From Candidatus Hermodarchaeum yapensis (GTDB lineage: Archaea > Asgardarchaeota > Hermodarchaeia > Hermodarchaeales > Hermodarchaeaceae): DNA of 27,244 nt. A model generated the notes under the pieces. That model saw nothing but the letters and a program-made list of their open reading frames with translations, did not search any database and had not been told where the DNA came from. The position numbers and the translations under genes are program-made. Numbering within the stretch: the first letter of the stretch is position 1; each line of letters opens with the position of its first letter. The stretch covers positions 1 through 27,244 of the forward strand of contig JAEOSK010000036.1 of the NCBI GenBank assembly GCA_016840405.1. The letters are read 5' to 3'. Positions 18,933-27,244 of this stretch are shown here, in pieces.

Positions 18933-20123
18933 ATGCTTCAATTTGAATTCATTCTTCCCCTCCTACCCTGGCTTCTGATACTATTAGCTTGGATGGTAAT
19001 CATTGCTCTCGCTTCATACTTCAATCTCGAAAAATACAATATTGAAGTTGGCCCCTTCATGCTCTTTGCTCGAACTGAAAAATTCAATAACCTCTTGAAC
19101 CGCATCGGCAGATGGCACCCTCGCGCTTGGCGATACATCTGGTCAGGCTTCATTGGAGTAGCCTTTTTCTTCTCTCTTTTCGGTTTCTACTCTTTAAGTA
19201 GTAATGTCTGGGAATTCGTCAAAGAAATAACTGGTCAAGCAGCGAGTCCTGGACCTGTCGCCCCACTCATCCCAGGCATTACAATGTCCTTCGAATTCTT
19301 CTTGATGATACTAATCCCCCTCATTGTTTCTATCATTGTGCATGAACTTGCGCACGGAATTGCTGCACGAGCTGATCAAATTCCCGTGAAAAGTTCTGGG
19401 CTTTTTTTCTTCATAATCTTTTTCGGAGCCTTTGTCGAACCTGATGAGGAATACGTCAAAACTAAATCAGCACGAAGTCAAAGAGCACGCCTATATGCCT
19501 CTGGTTCAGGAGCAAACCTTACCCTTGCCCTACTTGTCATCGTGTTTGCAACACTAATCGTGGTGCCTGTACCGAGTGGTGTATACATCCAAGGTATCGA
19601 GTCTGGCAGCTCAGCAGACGGTATTCTCACATCAGGAATGATTATCACGGGTATGAACGGAACATCAATACACTCAGTTCTAGACCTCCAAGCCTTCATG
19701 GCAGATGCACAACCAGGGGACCTTATCATTGTCACTGTATTCGGGGAAACACAAATACCTTTGAATATAGGATCAAGACCATACAACGAATCAATAGCAT
19801 ACATCGGGATATTCATACAGGATTATTTTCCGCTTCACTATCCTTTCAGCTTACTAGGATCAGTTGAAACAATTCGGTTTCAAGAGAGTCTCTTTTGGTT
19901 CTTTACAATCACACTAAGCCTCGGAATCATCAACCTATTACCAATACCTCCCCTAGATGGTGATAGGCTCTGGAAAGAACTTATCGATAAGACCATTTCT
20001 ATGGAAAGAAAGAGTGGTAAGGTCTTGCTCTGGTTTCTTCGGATAGCCGCGCTCTCAATACTTGCAATCAACATCATCTTTACAATTATCATGCCAGGTC
20101 TACTAGGCATTTTCTTTAGATAA
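18933..20123 (+). CDS. Site-2 intramembrane metalloprotease (M50) with PDZ domain
   Basis: HELAH, GAFVEPD, a PDZ-like segment, NLLPIPPLDG and multiple hydrophobic segments. Start is probably ATG 18933. Confidence 0.93.
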   Translation: MLQFEFILPLLPWLLILLAWMVIIALASYFNLEKYNIEVGPFMLFARTEKFNNLLNRIGRWHPRAWRYIWSGFIGVAFFFSLFGFYSLSSNVWEFVKEITGQAASPGPVAPLIPGITMSFEFFLMILIPLIVSIIVHELAHGIAARADQIPVKSSGLFFFIIFFGAFVEPDEEYVKTKSARSQRARLYASGSGANLTLALLVIVFATLIVVPVPSGVYIQGIESGSSADGILTSGMIITGMNGTSIHSVLDLQAFMADAQPGDLIIVTVFGETQIPLNIGSRPYNESIAYIGIFIQDYFPLHYPFSLLGSVETIRFQESLFWFFTITLSLGIINLLPIPPLDGDRLWKELIDKTISMERKSGKVLLWFLRIAALSILAINIIFTIIMPGLLGIFFR

Positions 20124-20360
20124 AAGTGAAAAAGTCTAATACTGTTTGCTCCGCATTACATCATCTTAAGTTCAGAGCTGTTTCTTTCAACACGATAATC
20201 ACTTAAAATCTCGTAAAATTTCCTTATAGGCTATTTGACAATATTGGGTAATATAATTCTATTAAAATCAGCAAATTAGAGAAAATTACAAATATAACAA
20301 AAATCATACTGAAAGGCTGAGGTCATTAAACCTCAAAAAATAAAAATGAGAGGATTCCGA

Positions 20361-21020
20361 ATGGTAGTATCTAAGAAACGGTTACTAGTTGTTACAACAT
20401 TATGCCTTACACTTATGGTGATGATGAATATACCTTCAGTGATGGCTTTAAACCACCTATCTGCGCCATATGATTATCAAGCCTGGGGAGGATTTGCGTA
20501 TTATGGCGAATACTACGCAAGTGCAAGTAAACGTCTAGGAATCTGCTATTGTCGTTGTTAATATGATGGTAGATATGCACGCGCTGTTGCTTGGGGATCT
20601 GTTGCGTCTTCCTTCTTTTTTGATGACTACTCTGGGACTCCATTTATCGAGTTCTCAGTAACAAAACGATTTTACGGATATGCAGAAAATTCTTATGATC
20701 GAGCAACTGTCAAAATCATAGTGAAATTATTCGAATTCACAGGTTCAATTTATTGGTTGCTCTGGCAAGGAATTGCTGAAGAATACGAGGTTTATGATGG
20801 CTCGTTCACTGATTACTCAACAGAGACTTACTTCTTTGAGTTACCATATAACGTCAAAGTGTTCTGGGGTCAATTATACCAAATAGAAGTCATATTTCAA
20901 ACGGACGTACAGAACCATCATTTATGGCTTGAAGGTTTAGCCTTCGTACAATATTCATCAACTAGTGCTTACTCGGCAAGGCTGTATGTTAATTGGATAG
21001 AGATCTATACGACAATGTAA
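20361..21020 (+). pseudogene. Putative secreted/surface protein gene interrupted by one in-frame TAA (20559-20561)
   Basis: Signal-peptide-like start (KKR, hydrophobic stretch, VMA). The frame continues without shift past the TAA (YDGRYARAVAWG...) into the 20721-21020 ORF, giving about 219 codons rich in Tyr/Phe. Confidence 0.7.
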
Positions 21021-21042
21021 GTGGTTAACTAAGATTTTTTAT

Positions 21043-21081
21043 CATCTGCCCTTTTGAAAAAGGGCAGGTGTTTATTTTTTT
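21043..21081 (+). terminator. Hairpin plus T-tract terminator-like element
   Basis: CATCTGCCCTTT-TGAA-AAAGGGCAGGTG (12-bp stem, one G-U) followed by TTTATTTTTTT, just after the 21020 stop. Confidence 0.7.
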
Positions 21082-21407
21082 ATAAAACGTGTACATCTTA
21101 TTTCATAGGTAATCACGAAATTCTTAGAAATTAATACCTGCTCTAGGTAGTTGGTCATATCAATCATCTGGCTTCCAAGCTTAGTATAACCAGCAGTTAC
21201 AACATATCTCACTTCAATGATAATGGGTTGTCAAAAACTTTGTATTACCTTTACATTGAATGACAAAGAAAAGCGTATTTGGTCGTTCTGATTAATTTTG
21301 TCGTTAACATACTCTCTACTGATTCACAATCTCGGTCTAGTAGCCATCTTCCTTGTTTAAGTAAATGGAAATTCTTTAAGCGAAGTTTTTTGACTCTATT
21401 GAACCAA

Positions 21408-22349
21408 ATGAAAAGATATTGCTACTTATGTAAGGGGCCTTCAGTTATTTCACGATCTTATTCCGGTGAGGTGTTATGCGAAAATTGTTTCCGTGAATCT
21501 ATGATGACTGCAGTACGAACTGCCATTTCTAAATACAAGATGCTTCAACGAACGGATCGAATTGCGGTTGCATATTCGGGAGGAAAAGACAGCACTGTTC
21601 TACTATCGACACTTGTCGAGATTCAACAACGCTTTCCACAATCTGAAGTGGTTGCTATCACTTTGCAGGAGGGAGGTAAGCAAGATAGTGAACGCCGAGA
21701 AGTGCTAGCCAATGTAACCAGCCAGCTACAAGTTGAGCATATTACCTCCACGTACAAAGAGCTATTTTCTTTAACATTAGATGAAATTGCTGACTTGGCA
21801 CGAAAATTAGATTCGCCTCTCTCACCTTGTGCCTTTTGTGGAACTCTTCGAAGACAAGGGCTCAATATTCTTGCCCGGAAAATTAACGCTGACAAACTTG
21901 CTTTAGGTCATAACTTAGACGACGAAGTTCAATCCATGCTCATGAACCTCATCCGAGGAGATGTACAAAGGCTATCTCGTATCACACCTTATTTGAAAGG
22001 GGTGCCCGGATGGTTAGTCCCTCGTATCAAACCCCTTTATCACATAATCGAAAAGGATCTCCTACTGTATTCACAACTTCTTGGTCTCCCAATATATCAT
22101 CCTCCTTGTCCGTACAAAGAAACCTCTCTTCGTAATGAAATTCGGGAATGGCTGAATACTTTTGAAGAGCAACACCCGGGATCAAAGTACAATCTTCACG
22201 CAAGCTTTATGAAAATAATTAATGTGCTTCAGAATGAAACAGAAGTACCATTCCAAAAGTGCCAACGATGTGGCGAATTGACATCTCAGGCAATTTGTGC
22301 TGTATGTATTCATCGTGAATCTCTAAGCAAGCTGAATGGTAAAAAATGA
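21408..22349 (+). CDS. tRNA 2-thiolation protein, TtuA/Ncs6 (TIGR00269-like) PP-loop ATPase
   Basis: N-terminal CxxC..CxxC, SGGKDS, CAFCGTLRR, GHNLDD, RIKPL, CPY and a C-terminal zinc finger. Start set at ATG 21408; the ORF track uses 21279. Confidence 0.92.
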   Translation: MKRYCYLCKGPSVISRSYSGEVLCENCFRESMMTAVRTAISKYKMLQRTDRIAVAYSGGKDSTVLLSTLVEIQQRFPQSEVVAITLQEGGKQDSERREVLANVTSQLQVEHITSTYKELFSLTLDEIADLARKLDSPLSPCAFCGTLRRQGLNILARKINADKLALGHNLDDEVQSMLMNLIRGDVQRLSRITPYLKGVPGWLVPRIKPLYHIIEKDLLLYSQLLGLPIYHPPCPYKETSLRNEIREWLNTFEEQHPGSKYNLHASFMKIINVLQNETEVPFQKCQRCGELTSQAICAVCIHRESLSKLNGKK

Positions 22350-22356
22350 GAAGGGC

Positions 22357-22702
22357 GGACGGGAGCCCCGACGGTCGTCAACCCTTTCTGGTGCCGTACT
22401 CACAGTCAGGTCTCGGACCCGGATCTCGGAAGCATCTACAGTACAGGCTTACGCTGCTCCCTCCCGGGTCTCGCTGGATTCACCTGCTAAAGGTGATTCA
22501 GCCCTTCCTACGAAAAGCCTACCACCACCAGCGATCCTCCGAGGCGGATCGTCACAGCCACGAACAGCGAGTCGTACACCAGGTCAGAAAGCCTAACGTC
22601 GGCATTCAGCCCGCCGTAGAGAGCATCTGCGGTACAGGGGAGCCTTAGCCAGCCCGTAGCGGCGCTGCGGGGCTTCTAGCCCCCCGCCTAGGCTCACCGT
22701 CC
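22357..22702 (-). ncRNA. ffs: Signal recognition particle (7S) RNA, with a 29-nt putative intron at 22646-22674
   Basis: GC-rich. Minus-strand fold: helix 1 GGACGG(U)GAGCC/GGCUCCCGUCC; Alu helix 3 GGGGG/UCCCC followed by UGUA; helix 4 CCGC/GCGG; long helix 5; helix 6 with GUAG tetraloop; helix 8 GC-GAGA-CCC-GGGA-GGG-AGCA-GC. Confidence 0.94.
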
Positions 22703-22724
22703 AACCAGCTCCACAACCTCGCGG

Positions 22725-22740
22725 TATTTAATCATTTCTT
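22725..22740 (-). promoter_or_regulatory. BRE/TATA promoter of SRP RNA
   Basis: Minus strand reads AAGAAATGATTAAATA, with TTAAATA ending 22 nt upstream of helix 1 and abutting the stop of the upstream CDS. Confidence 0.6.
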
Positions 22741-23229
22741 CGTCTGCTTTTTTATGCGCCAAATCTGGAAAATGTAAACTGGAATAGCCACAACGAAGCA
22801 GAGAATACAAAAGAGGTACACGGTAGAAGATGACACAAGCCCGAGAAAGGGATTTCCCAATAAAGGCCAAAACGGCTGCATTTCCGGATACAAGAAGGCA
22901 TCCAACAATATATGCGAGTACGCTCCCAAAAGAGCCGCAAACGTGATATTCAGCGGAGAGGCTATTTGCGGAAGTTGAAACGCAGTCATAATTTCTCCTA
23001 AAAACCCTCGCAATAAGTAAACAAAAAACGCAAGAATTAGCGCAGAGATTGTGGCTCCTAAGAATGTGTGAAAGAATAAGTGGAGCACAGGTAGATCAAG
23101 GAGAAGGAACGATAGCGGTTCCAAATCCACAATTACACTTCCTGATAAGATAGCAGGCAGATACAGCAGGGGAAAGAAAATCAGGCCAATAAGTAGACTA
23201 GGACCTAAATGGAACGGCGTAAAGGGCAT
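22732..23229 (-). CDS. Membrane-bound metal-dependent hydrolase-like protein (YdjM/DUF4184-like)
   Basis: MPFTPFH, D.EP, H.FFHTF, SHILLD and PFWPL motifs; hydrophobic. Confidence 0.8.
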   Translation of the reverse strand: MPFTPFHLGPSLLIGLIFFPLLYLPAILSGSVIVDLEPLSFLLLDLPVLHLFFHTFLGATISALILAFFVYLLRGFLGEIMTAFQLPQIASPLNITFAALLGAYSHILLDAFLYPEMQPFWPLLGNPFLGLVSSSTVYLFCILCFVVAIPVYIFQIWRIKKQTKK

Positions 23230-23270
23230 AAGTAATCACGGTTGAATTTATGCTTGGTGTCTGATGGGTA

Positions 23271-23356
23271 TGGCGCCGGGGACGAGATTTGAACTCGTGA
23301 GTCCAATGGACACAGACTTAGCAGGCCTGCTCCCTACCAGGCTAGGATACCCCGGC
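23271..23356 (-). tRNA. tRNA-Ser(GCT), intronless, CCA encoded
   Basis: GCCGGGG/CCCCGGC-GCCA acceptor, anticodon arm CAGGC-CT GCT AA-GTCTG, long variable arm GTCCATTGGAC, T loop TTCAAAT. Confidence 0.97.
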
Positions 23357-23400
23357 ACGGATTGTTTTCAAGTAAAATGACGCGCTTTAATAAGTTTATG

Positions 23401-23805
23401 TTAACTCCTTCGAAAAGCACAACTGAAACTATAGTCCTTTGAAGCAAGGATAAAGCTAGTGAACAAGATTGCTAACACCGCGTCAATTATTCCAAACCAG
23501 ATAAGAGAAAATGGAATACCCCAGACTAAGACATAATAAACTACAATTATCGAGGCAATAAGACGTGCTGGAATATTAGAAACTGGAATTATGAGCAGCT
23601 GATCAAGGCTGCGTGAAGCAACAACGAGGGCAATTCCAAATCCTAGAAAAAAGGCTCCAATAATTTGTAAAAGTGCCCCCTCAAGAGGTGTTAATGAATA
23701 ATTAACTAATACTGATACTAACGGCGTAGCGAAGATGAACACAATTGCCATGATAAGATCATAAAATCCTGAAATTAAGATTAGACGGGTAAACCATTTT
23801 TTCAA
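23401..23805 (-). CDS. Hypothetical 4-TM membrane protein
   Basis: Four hydrophobic segments; TTG start with upstream GGAG; fills the gap between two tRNAs. Confidence 0.7.
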   Translation of the reverse strand: MKKWFTRLILISGFYDLIMAIVFIFATPLVSVLVNYSLTPLEGALLQIIGAFFLGFGIALVVASRSLDQLLIIPVSNIPARLIASIIVVYYVLVWGIPFSLIWFGIIDAVLAILFTSFILASKDYSFSCAFRRS

Positions 23806-23880
23806 GCTGCTCTACTCCACGAGGTGGTTTGTGGACAATACGAGCAACCTTTTGAATGGTTATCATAGAAAAAGGTTCTA

Positions 23881-23989
23881 TGGTGGGCCGAGAGGGACTC
23901 GAACCCCCGACCACCGCGGTGTAAGCGCGGTATCATAGCCTTCTAGTCTGTCTGAAGAGCTTCCAAACAGATAGCTAGACTATCGGCCC
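23881..23989 (-). tRNA. tRNA-Val(TAC) with a 32-nt D-loop intron (17/18; 23941-23972); CCA encoded
   Basis: GGGCCGA/TCGGCCC-ACCA acceptor and CCGCG-CT TAC AC-CGCGG anticodon arm. The intron has central helix CTAG/CTAG, bulges CTA and AAG, and inner stem TCTGTTTG/CAGACAGA. Mature length is 77 nt. Confidence 0.95.
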
Positions 23990-24058
23990 GCTTCGTTTTC
24001 AATTAATCAACGCTTCCCTAAAAAAGGTCTCCTTAACGCGAAAAAAATCTGAGACAAT

Positions 24059-24580
24059 TTAGTTTGGTTTAACTTCTTCTTCTAACACTCGAATTTGCTT
24101 TTTCAACAAGCCGATTATCTGTAGATTGTCCACATGAACAAGTTGGTTACTGCATATTGGGCATTTGAAAGCGTTAGCCATTGCCTCTTCGAATGTATGT
24201 CGCGGACATCCGTCATGATTGCAATGATAAAAGGTATTTTCAGTTTCGTAGAGAAGCCGTTGGTTGAGTCTTTCTAACACCTTGTTCTTTTTCTCTCGGA
24301 GAAGGTCATGAATACGTTCTGGTTCTAATATCCAGTAGTAGACAAACCACCCGGTTTGTTTATCGCGGGTACGGCGATATGAGGCTAAATGAAGGTCATA
24401 GAGTTTATAGAGAATTTTTCGAACGGCATTAAGGCGCATACCTGTTTCATTGGCAATTTCCTCATCTGTCGTTTCTTCATCCTCTTTCAAATGCGTAACT
24501 ACTTCAAACGCTTCTTCACCGGCGAATTCAATGACAACCTGCTTAATTAGCATCTCACGTCCTGACATAAATCTACACAT
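24059..24580 (-). CDS. tfe: Transcription factor E alpha
   Basis: TDEEIA...LNAVRKILYKLY...GWFVYYW winged helix; zinc ribbon C....C...FKCPIC. The exact start Met is uncertain. Confidence 0.95.
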   Translation of the reverse strand: MCRFMSGREMLIKQVVIEFAGEEAFEVVTHLKEDEETTDEEIANETGMRLNAVRKILYKLYDLHLASYRRTRDKQTGWFVYYWILEPERIHDLLREKKNKVLERLNQRLLYETENTFYHCNHDGCPRHTFEEAMANAFKCPICSNQLVHVDNLQIIGLLKKQIRVLEEEVKPN

Positions 24581-24653
24581 AACTAGTCCTTACATGGAAT
24601 AAAGACCTTTTTGTTAAACAAAGACGCTTTATTTGATTTCGAAGTAAATAAAA

Positions 24654-25202
24654 TCATTCAGATTCTCTTACTTGTTTTCCATGGGCTGAAGGAAGAATCT
24701 CAAGTTTAGCATCTTGGAATTTCGTATACAGATTTTTTCCTTGAAAAAGCCGGTCTAAAAAAATTGAGAGAGCGGTAACTTCACTATGTGGTTGGTGTCC
24801 GATTGCTACGTTATAGTCAGCTGTTTTGAATACTTCAAACGGAACTTTGGGACCTCCAACGACAATGAGTTTTGACTTAGGCGACTCTCGAATTTCGGAT
24901 ATCACCTTGTCAACATGAAGACCATACATGGTGAGATGGATAATTTCTCCATTTTCTTCTTTCCATTTTTTGAGTTGCCTTTTCCACTGAACACTAGTCG
25001 TTACTCTAAATTCTTGATTACCCCATTGTGCACACACTTGTTCTAATGTCTCAACGATTTTTGGATCCTTTAAACCAGAGGTCTGCAGTTCGGAGGCTCC
25101 GAATGCACGAGCAGTTAACCCGATATGAGTTGTAAGTCGTTTATCACGTTCTGGACGGTGATCCAGTTTTAAAACTACAATTCGCCACTCAGATGATTTC
25201 AT
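24654..25202 (-). CDS. trm56: tRNA (cytidine56-2'-O)-methyltransferase, SPOUT
   Basis: HRPERDKRLTTH, ARAFGA, HLTMYG, KVP and QPHSEV. Confidence 0.95.
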   Translation of the reverse strand: MKSSEWRIVVLKLDHRPERDKRLTTHIGLTARAFGASELQTSGLKDPKIVETLEQVCAQWGNQEFRVTTSVQWKRQLKKWKEENGEIIHLTMYGLHVDKVISEIRESPKSKLIVVGGPKVPFEVFKTADYNVAIGHQPHSEVTALSIFLDRLFQGKNLYTKFQDAKLEILPSAHGKQVRESE

Positions 25203-25250
25203 GAAAATAATCTCGTCTTCTCAATACGCTTCGAAACCATTTGGGGTTGC

Positions 25251-25772
25251 TTAGGAAGTTGATTTCTTACGTTTTATTTGTACAACATCACCTAAAGTTG
25301 CTGAGCTTTGCGAAGTACCAGGTGAGAGATCCACTGATTCTGCCTCTTCGAGTAGAGTCAGTTTAAACAACCGTTCTAACTTCCGCGCTAGACTTATCGT
25401 GGGAGCCATCTTGCCACTTTCAACTTTCGTGATAACTGAGGCCCTTTCATGAAGTTGACGGGCTACGTCCTTCTGTGCCATTCCTCTTTGTTCTCGTGCT
25501 TTTCGAATCAGTTTAGTAAAATCCTCAACTGGAACCAACTCACGTCTTTGAGGTCGAGACCGTGTAGACGGATAACGCCCCGTAGATGATGAACGTGGTA
25601 CTGAATGAGATCGAGTTCTTGGAATGGATGAAGATCTCGAACTCGGTGGTTTTGCCCGAGGAACAGGTTTTCCTAGTTCAGCACAGCGATTACATGCTTG
25701 GAGCAGTGCCCCTTCTAGCGATATTTCCTTTGTTGAATAACATTCACGACCACAGATTTCACAGGTTACCAT
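25251..25772 (-). CDS. mbf1: Archaeal multiprotein bridging factor aMBF1 (zinc ribbon + HTH)
   Basis: CEICG..C..C N-terminus, IRKARE..G..Q HTH, LARKLE and TLGDVV.IK tail. Start set at ATG 25772. Confidence 0.93.
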   Translation of the reverse strand: MVTCEICGRECYSTKEISLEGALLQACNRCAELGKPVPRAKPPSSRSSSIPRTRSHSVPRSSSTGRYPSTRSRPQRRELVPVEDFTKLIRKAREQRGMAQKDVARQLHERASVITKVESGKMAPTISLARKLERLFKLTLLEEAESVDLSPGTSQSSATLGDVVQIKRKKSTS

Positions 25773-25892
25773 GAAGCTTTTTCGCCACCAATCTATCATT
25801 TACCCGCCAATATCTAAAAGTTTACTTCCATTCTAGCCTTCTTTTAGTAGGATTAAGCAATTGTGGTAGGGAATAAAAAAAGCTTTTAGCGC

Positions 25893-27119
25893 ATGTCACT
25901 CAGAGAGCATGCAATGACCGATTCTACGGATTTCCGCAAGAAGCCAATATCACCTGATGACTATGTGACTCTAGCAGAGCGTACCATATTGTTAGAACAA
26001 CGAGTCCGTGAACTCGAATTAGAACGGGAGCAAATTGCAGCTGAACGGACACGACTTGAAAATGAAGTACGAATTCTTCAAGCTGAACTGAATAAACTCC
26101 GACAACCACCGCTAGTTTCAGCTACCGTAATTGACGTTCTTGATGACGGTCGTGTGATAGTTAAAAGCAGTACAGGACCTCAATTTGTCGTTAATTATCC
26201 AGAATCCATTATAGGAAGCAAATTGGAATCCGGAGCAAAAGTAGCCCTGAATCAACGGACTCTTGCAGTTGTTGATATCTTACCCATTTCTATCGATCCA
26301 TTTGTTCAAGCCATGAATGTTGAAGAAAGTCCTGATGTTACTTATGGTGACATCGGTGGATTAGAAGATCAAATTGCAGAGATTCGGGAAACGGTCGAAC
26401 TTCCCTTACTTCATCCTGAACTTTTCGAAAAAGTCGGTATTGAACCACCTAAAGGAGTTCTGCTTTGTGGACCTCCAGGCACTGGAAAAACTCTACTAGC
26501 GCGAGCAGTGGCACATGAAACCCAAGCCACGTTCATTAGAGTTATTGGCTCTGAACTGGTCCAAAAATTCATTGGGGAAGGGGCTCGCATCGTTCGAGAA
26601 ATCTTCTATATGGCCCGTAAACGTTCTCCAAGCATTGTCTTCATCGACGAACTCGATGCAGTTGCCAGTCGGCGCCTTGACATCGCAACGAGTGGGGATC
26701 GTGAAGTACAACGAACCCTCATGCAACTTCTCAGCATGCTTGACGGATTTGATCCGCGTGGTGATGTTCGAATTATCGCGGCGACAAACCGTCCTGATAT
26801 ACTTGATAGTGCCCTTACCCGCCCCGGACGTTTTGATCGAATCATCGAGTTTCCATATCCAGACAAAGAAGCAAGAGTGGCGATTCTCAAGATACATATG
26901 CGAAACATGAACATCCATTCTGACGTTGATGTTAGTATGCTTGCGGCAAAAACTACAGGGGCATCTGGAGCAGATCTAAAAGCGATATGTACAGAAGCTG
27001 GTATGTTTGCAATCCGAGAACTCCGGGACATAGTTGATCGAGAGGATTTCAATAAAGCCATATCCAAGGTATTAGGTAGCATTGGGGACCGAAGCGACGC
27101 GACAGACATTTATGGATAG
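25893..27119 (+). CDS. pan: Proteasome-activating nucleotidase
   Basis: Coiled coil, QPPL, KSSTGP OB fold, [28 protein letters not shown] and C-terminal HbYX (IYG). Confidence 0.97.
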   Translation: MSLREHAMTDSTDFRKKPISPDDYVTLAERTILLEQRVRELELEREQIAAERTRLENEVRILQAELNKLRQPPLVSATVIDVLDDGRVIVKSSTGPQFVVNYPESIIGSKLESGAKVALNQRTLAVVDILPISIDPFVQAMNVEESPDVTYGDIGGLEDQIAEIRETVELPLLHPELFEKVGIEPPKGVLLCGPPGTGKTLLARAVAHETQATFIRVIGSELVQKFIGEGARIVREIFYMARKRSPSIVFIDELDAVASRRLDIATSGDREVQRTLMQLLSMLDGFDPRGDVRIIAATNRPDILDSALTRPGRFDRIIEFPYPDKEARVAILKIHMRNMNIHSDVDVSMLAAKTTGASGADLKAICTEAGMFAIRELRDIVDREDFNKAISKVLGSIGDRSDATDIYG

Positions 27120-27244
27120 GTTATTGTAGAATAGGCGAGGCGAGCCAAATCGCAAAATAATGAACGCTTACACAGAGTAAGAGGCATTGCTAACTATCAA
27201 TTCAGCTCACAAGTAGGACATAAGATATTCCCCGATACCTGCAA

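Noticed and set aside
20235-20257. TTGACA and TATAAT resembling a sigma70 promoter
   Set aside because: The spacer is only 11 nt, the host is archaeal, and the context is AT-rich.
8499-20561. TAA recoding, suggested by two in-frame TAA codons (tnpB and the secreted-protein gene)
   Set aside because: TAA terminates many intact core genes here (cdc6, HDAC, thpR, AMA, site-2 protease). The tnpB TAA is explained by CAA>TAA decay.
22480-22500. Hairpin UCACCU/AGGUGA in SRP RNA as a second intron
   Set aside because: The central helix would have a mismatch, and these bases are needed for normal helix 6 (GGUGGU/AUCACC) and helix 8 (GCAGGU/GCCUGU).
22336-22648. Two plus-strand ORFs (86 and 100 aa)
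   Set aside because: Antisense shadows of the GC-rich SRP RNA.
25924-27109. Antisense and alternate-frame ORFs over pan (likewise over mcm, AMA, SDR and site-2 protease)
   Set aside because: No recognisable motifs, and they lie entirely within well-supported genes.
27120-27244. Possible 3' end of a minus-strand gene (…AGIGEYLMSYL*, stop 27207-27209)
   Set aside because: Too short to support.
1-27244. CRISPR array, rRNA, ORB repeats, C/D-box sRNAs
   Set aside because: No repeat-spacer periodicity or convincing motifs seen by eye; small sRNAs could have been missed.

Overview
Archaeal chromosomal window made mostly of core information-processing genes. The lineage cannot be assigned from sequence alone; Gins23, multi-intron tRNAs and TFE/MBF1/PAN are compatible with TACK or Asgard. 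Gene order: cdc6/orc1 (3' end), gins23, mcm, hel308 (split by a 515-aa LAGLIDADG intein), HDAC, tRNA-Pro(GGG) with two non-canonical introns, a decayed IS200/IS605 tnpB element, SDR epimerase, thpR, AMA-type AAA ATPase, UPF0200, UPF0201, rnz, trm11, ard1/rimI, pelota, radical SAM, nucleotidyltransferase, cutA, site-2 protease, an AT-rich islet with a nonsense-interrupted secreted-protein gene, ttuA/ncs6, SRP (7S) RNA, two membrane proteins, tRNA-Ser(GCT), tRNA-Val(TAC) with a D-loop intron, tfe, trm56, mbf1, pan. The most striking observation is a 29-nt insertion in the helix-3 loop of the SRP RNA Alu domain. It is framed by a bulge-helix-loop splicing motif, and removing it restores normal length and helix-3/helix-4 loop-loop complementarity. 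It is therefore a candidate tRNA-type intron inside an archaeal SRP RNA. All structures were folded by eye and no database searches were run.
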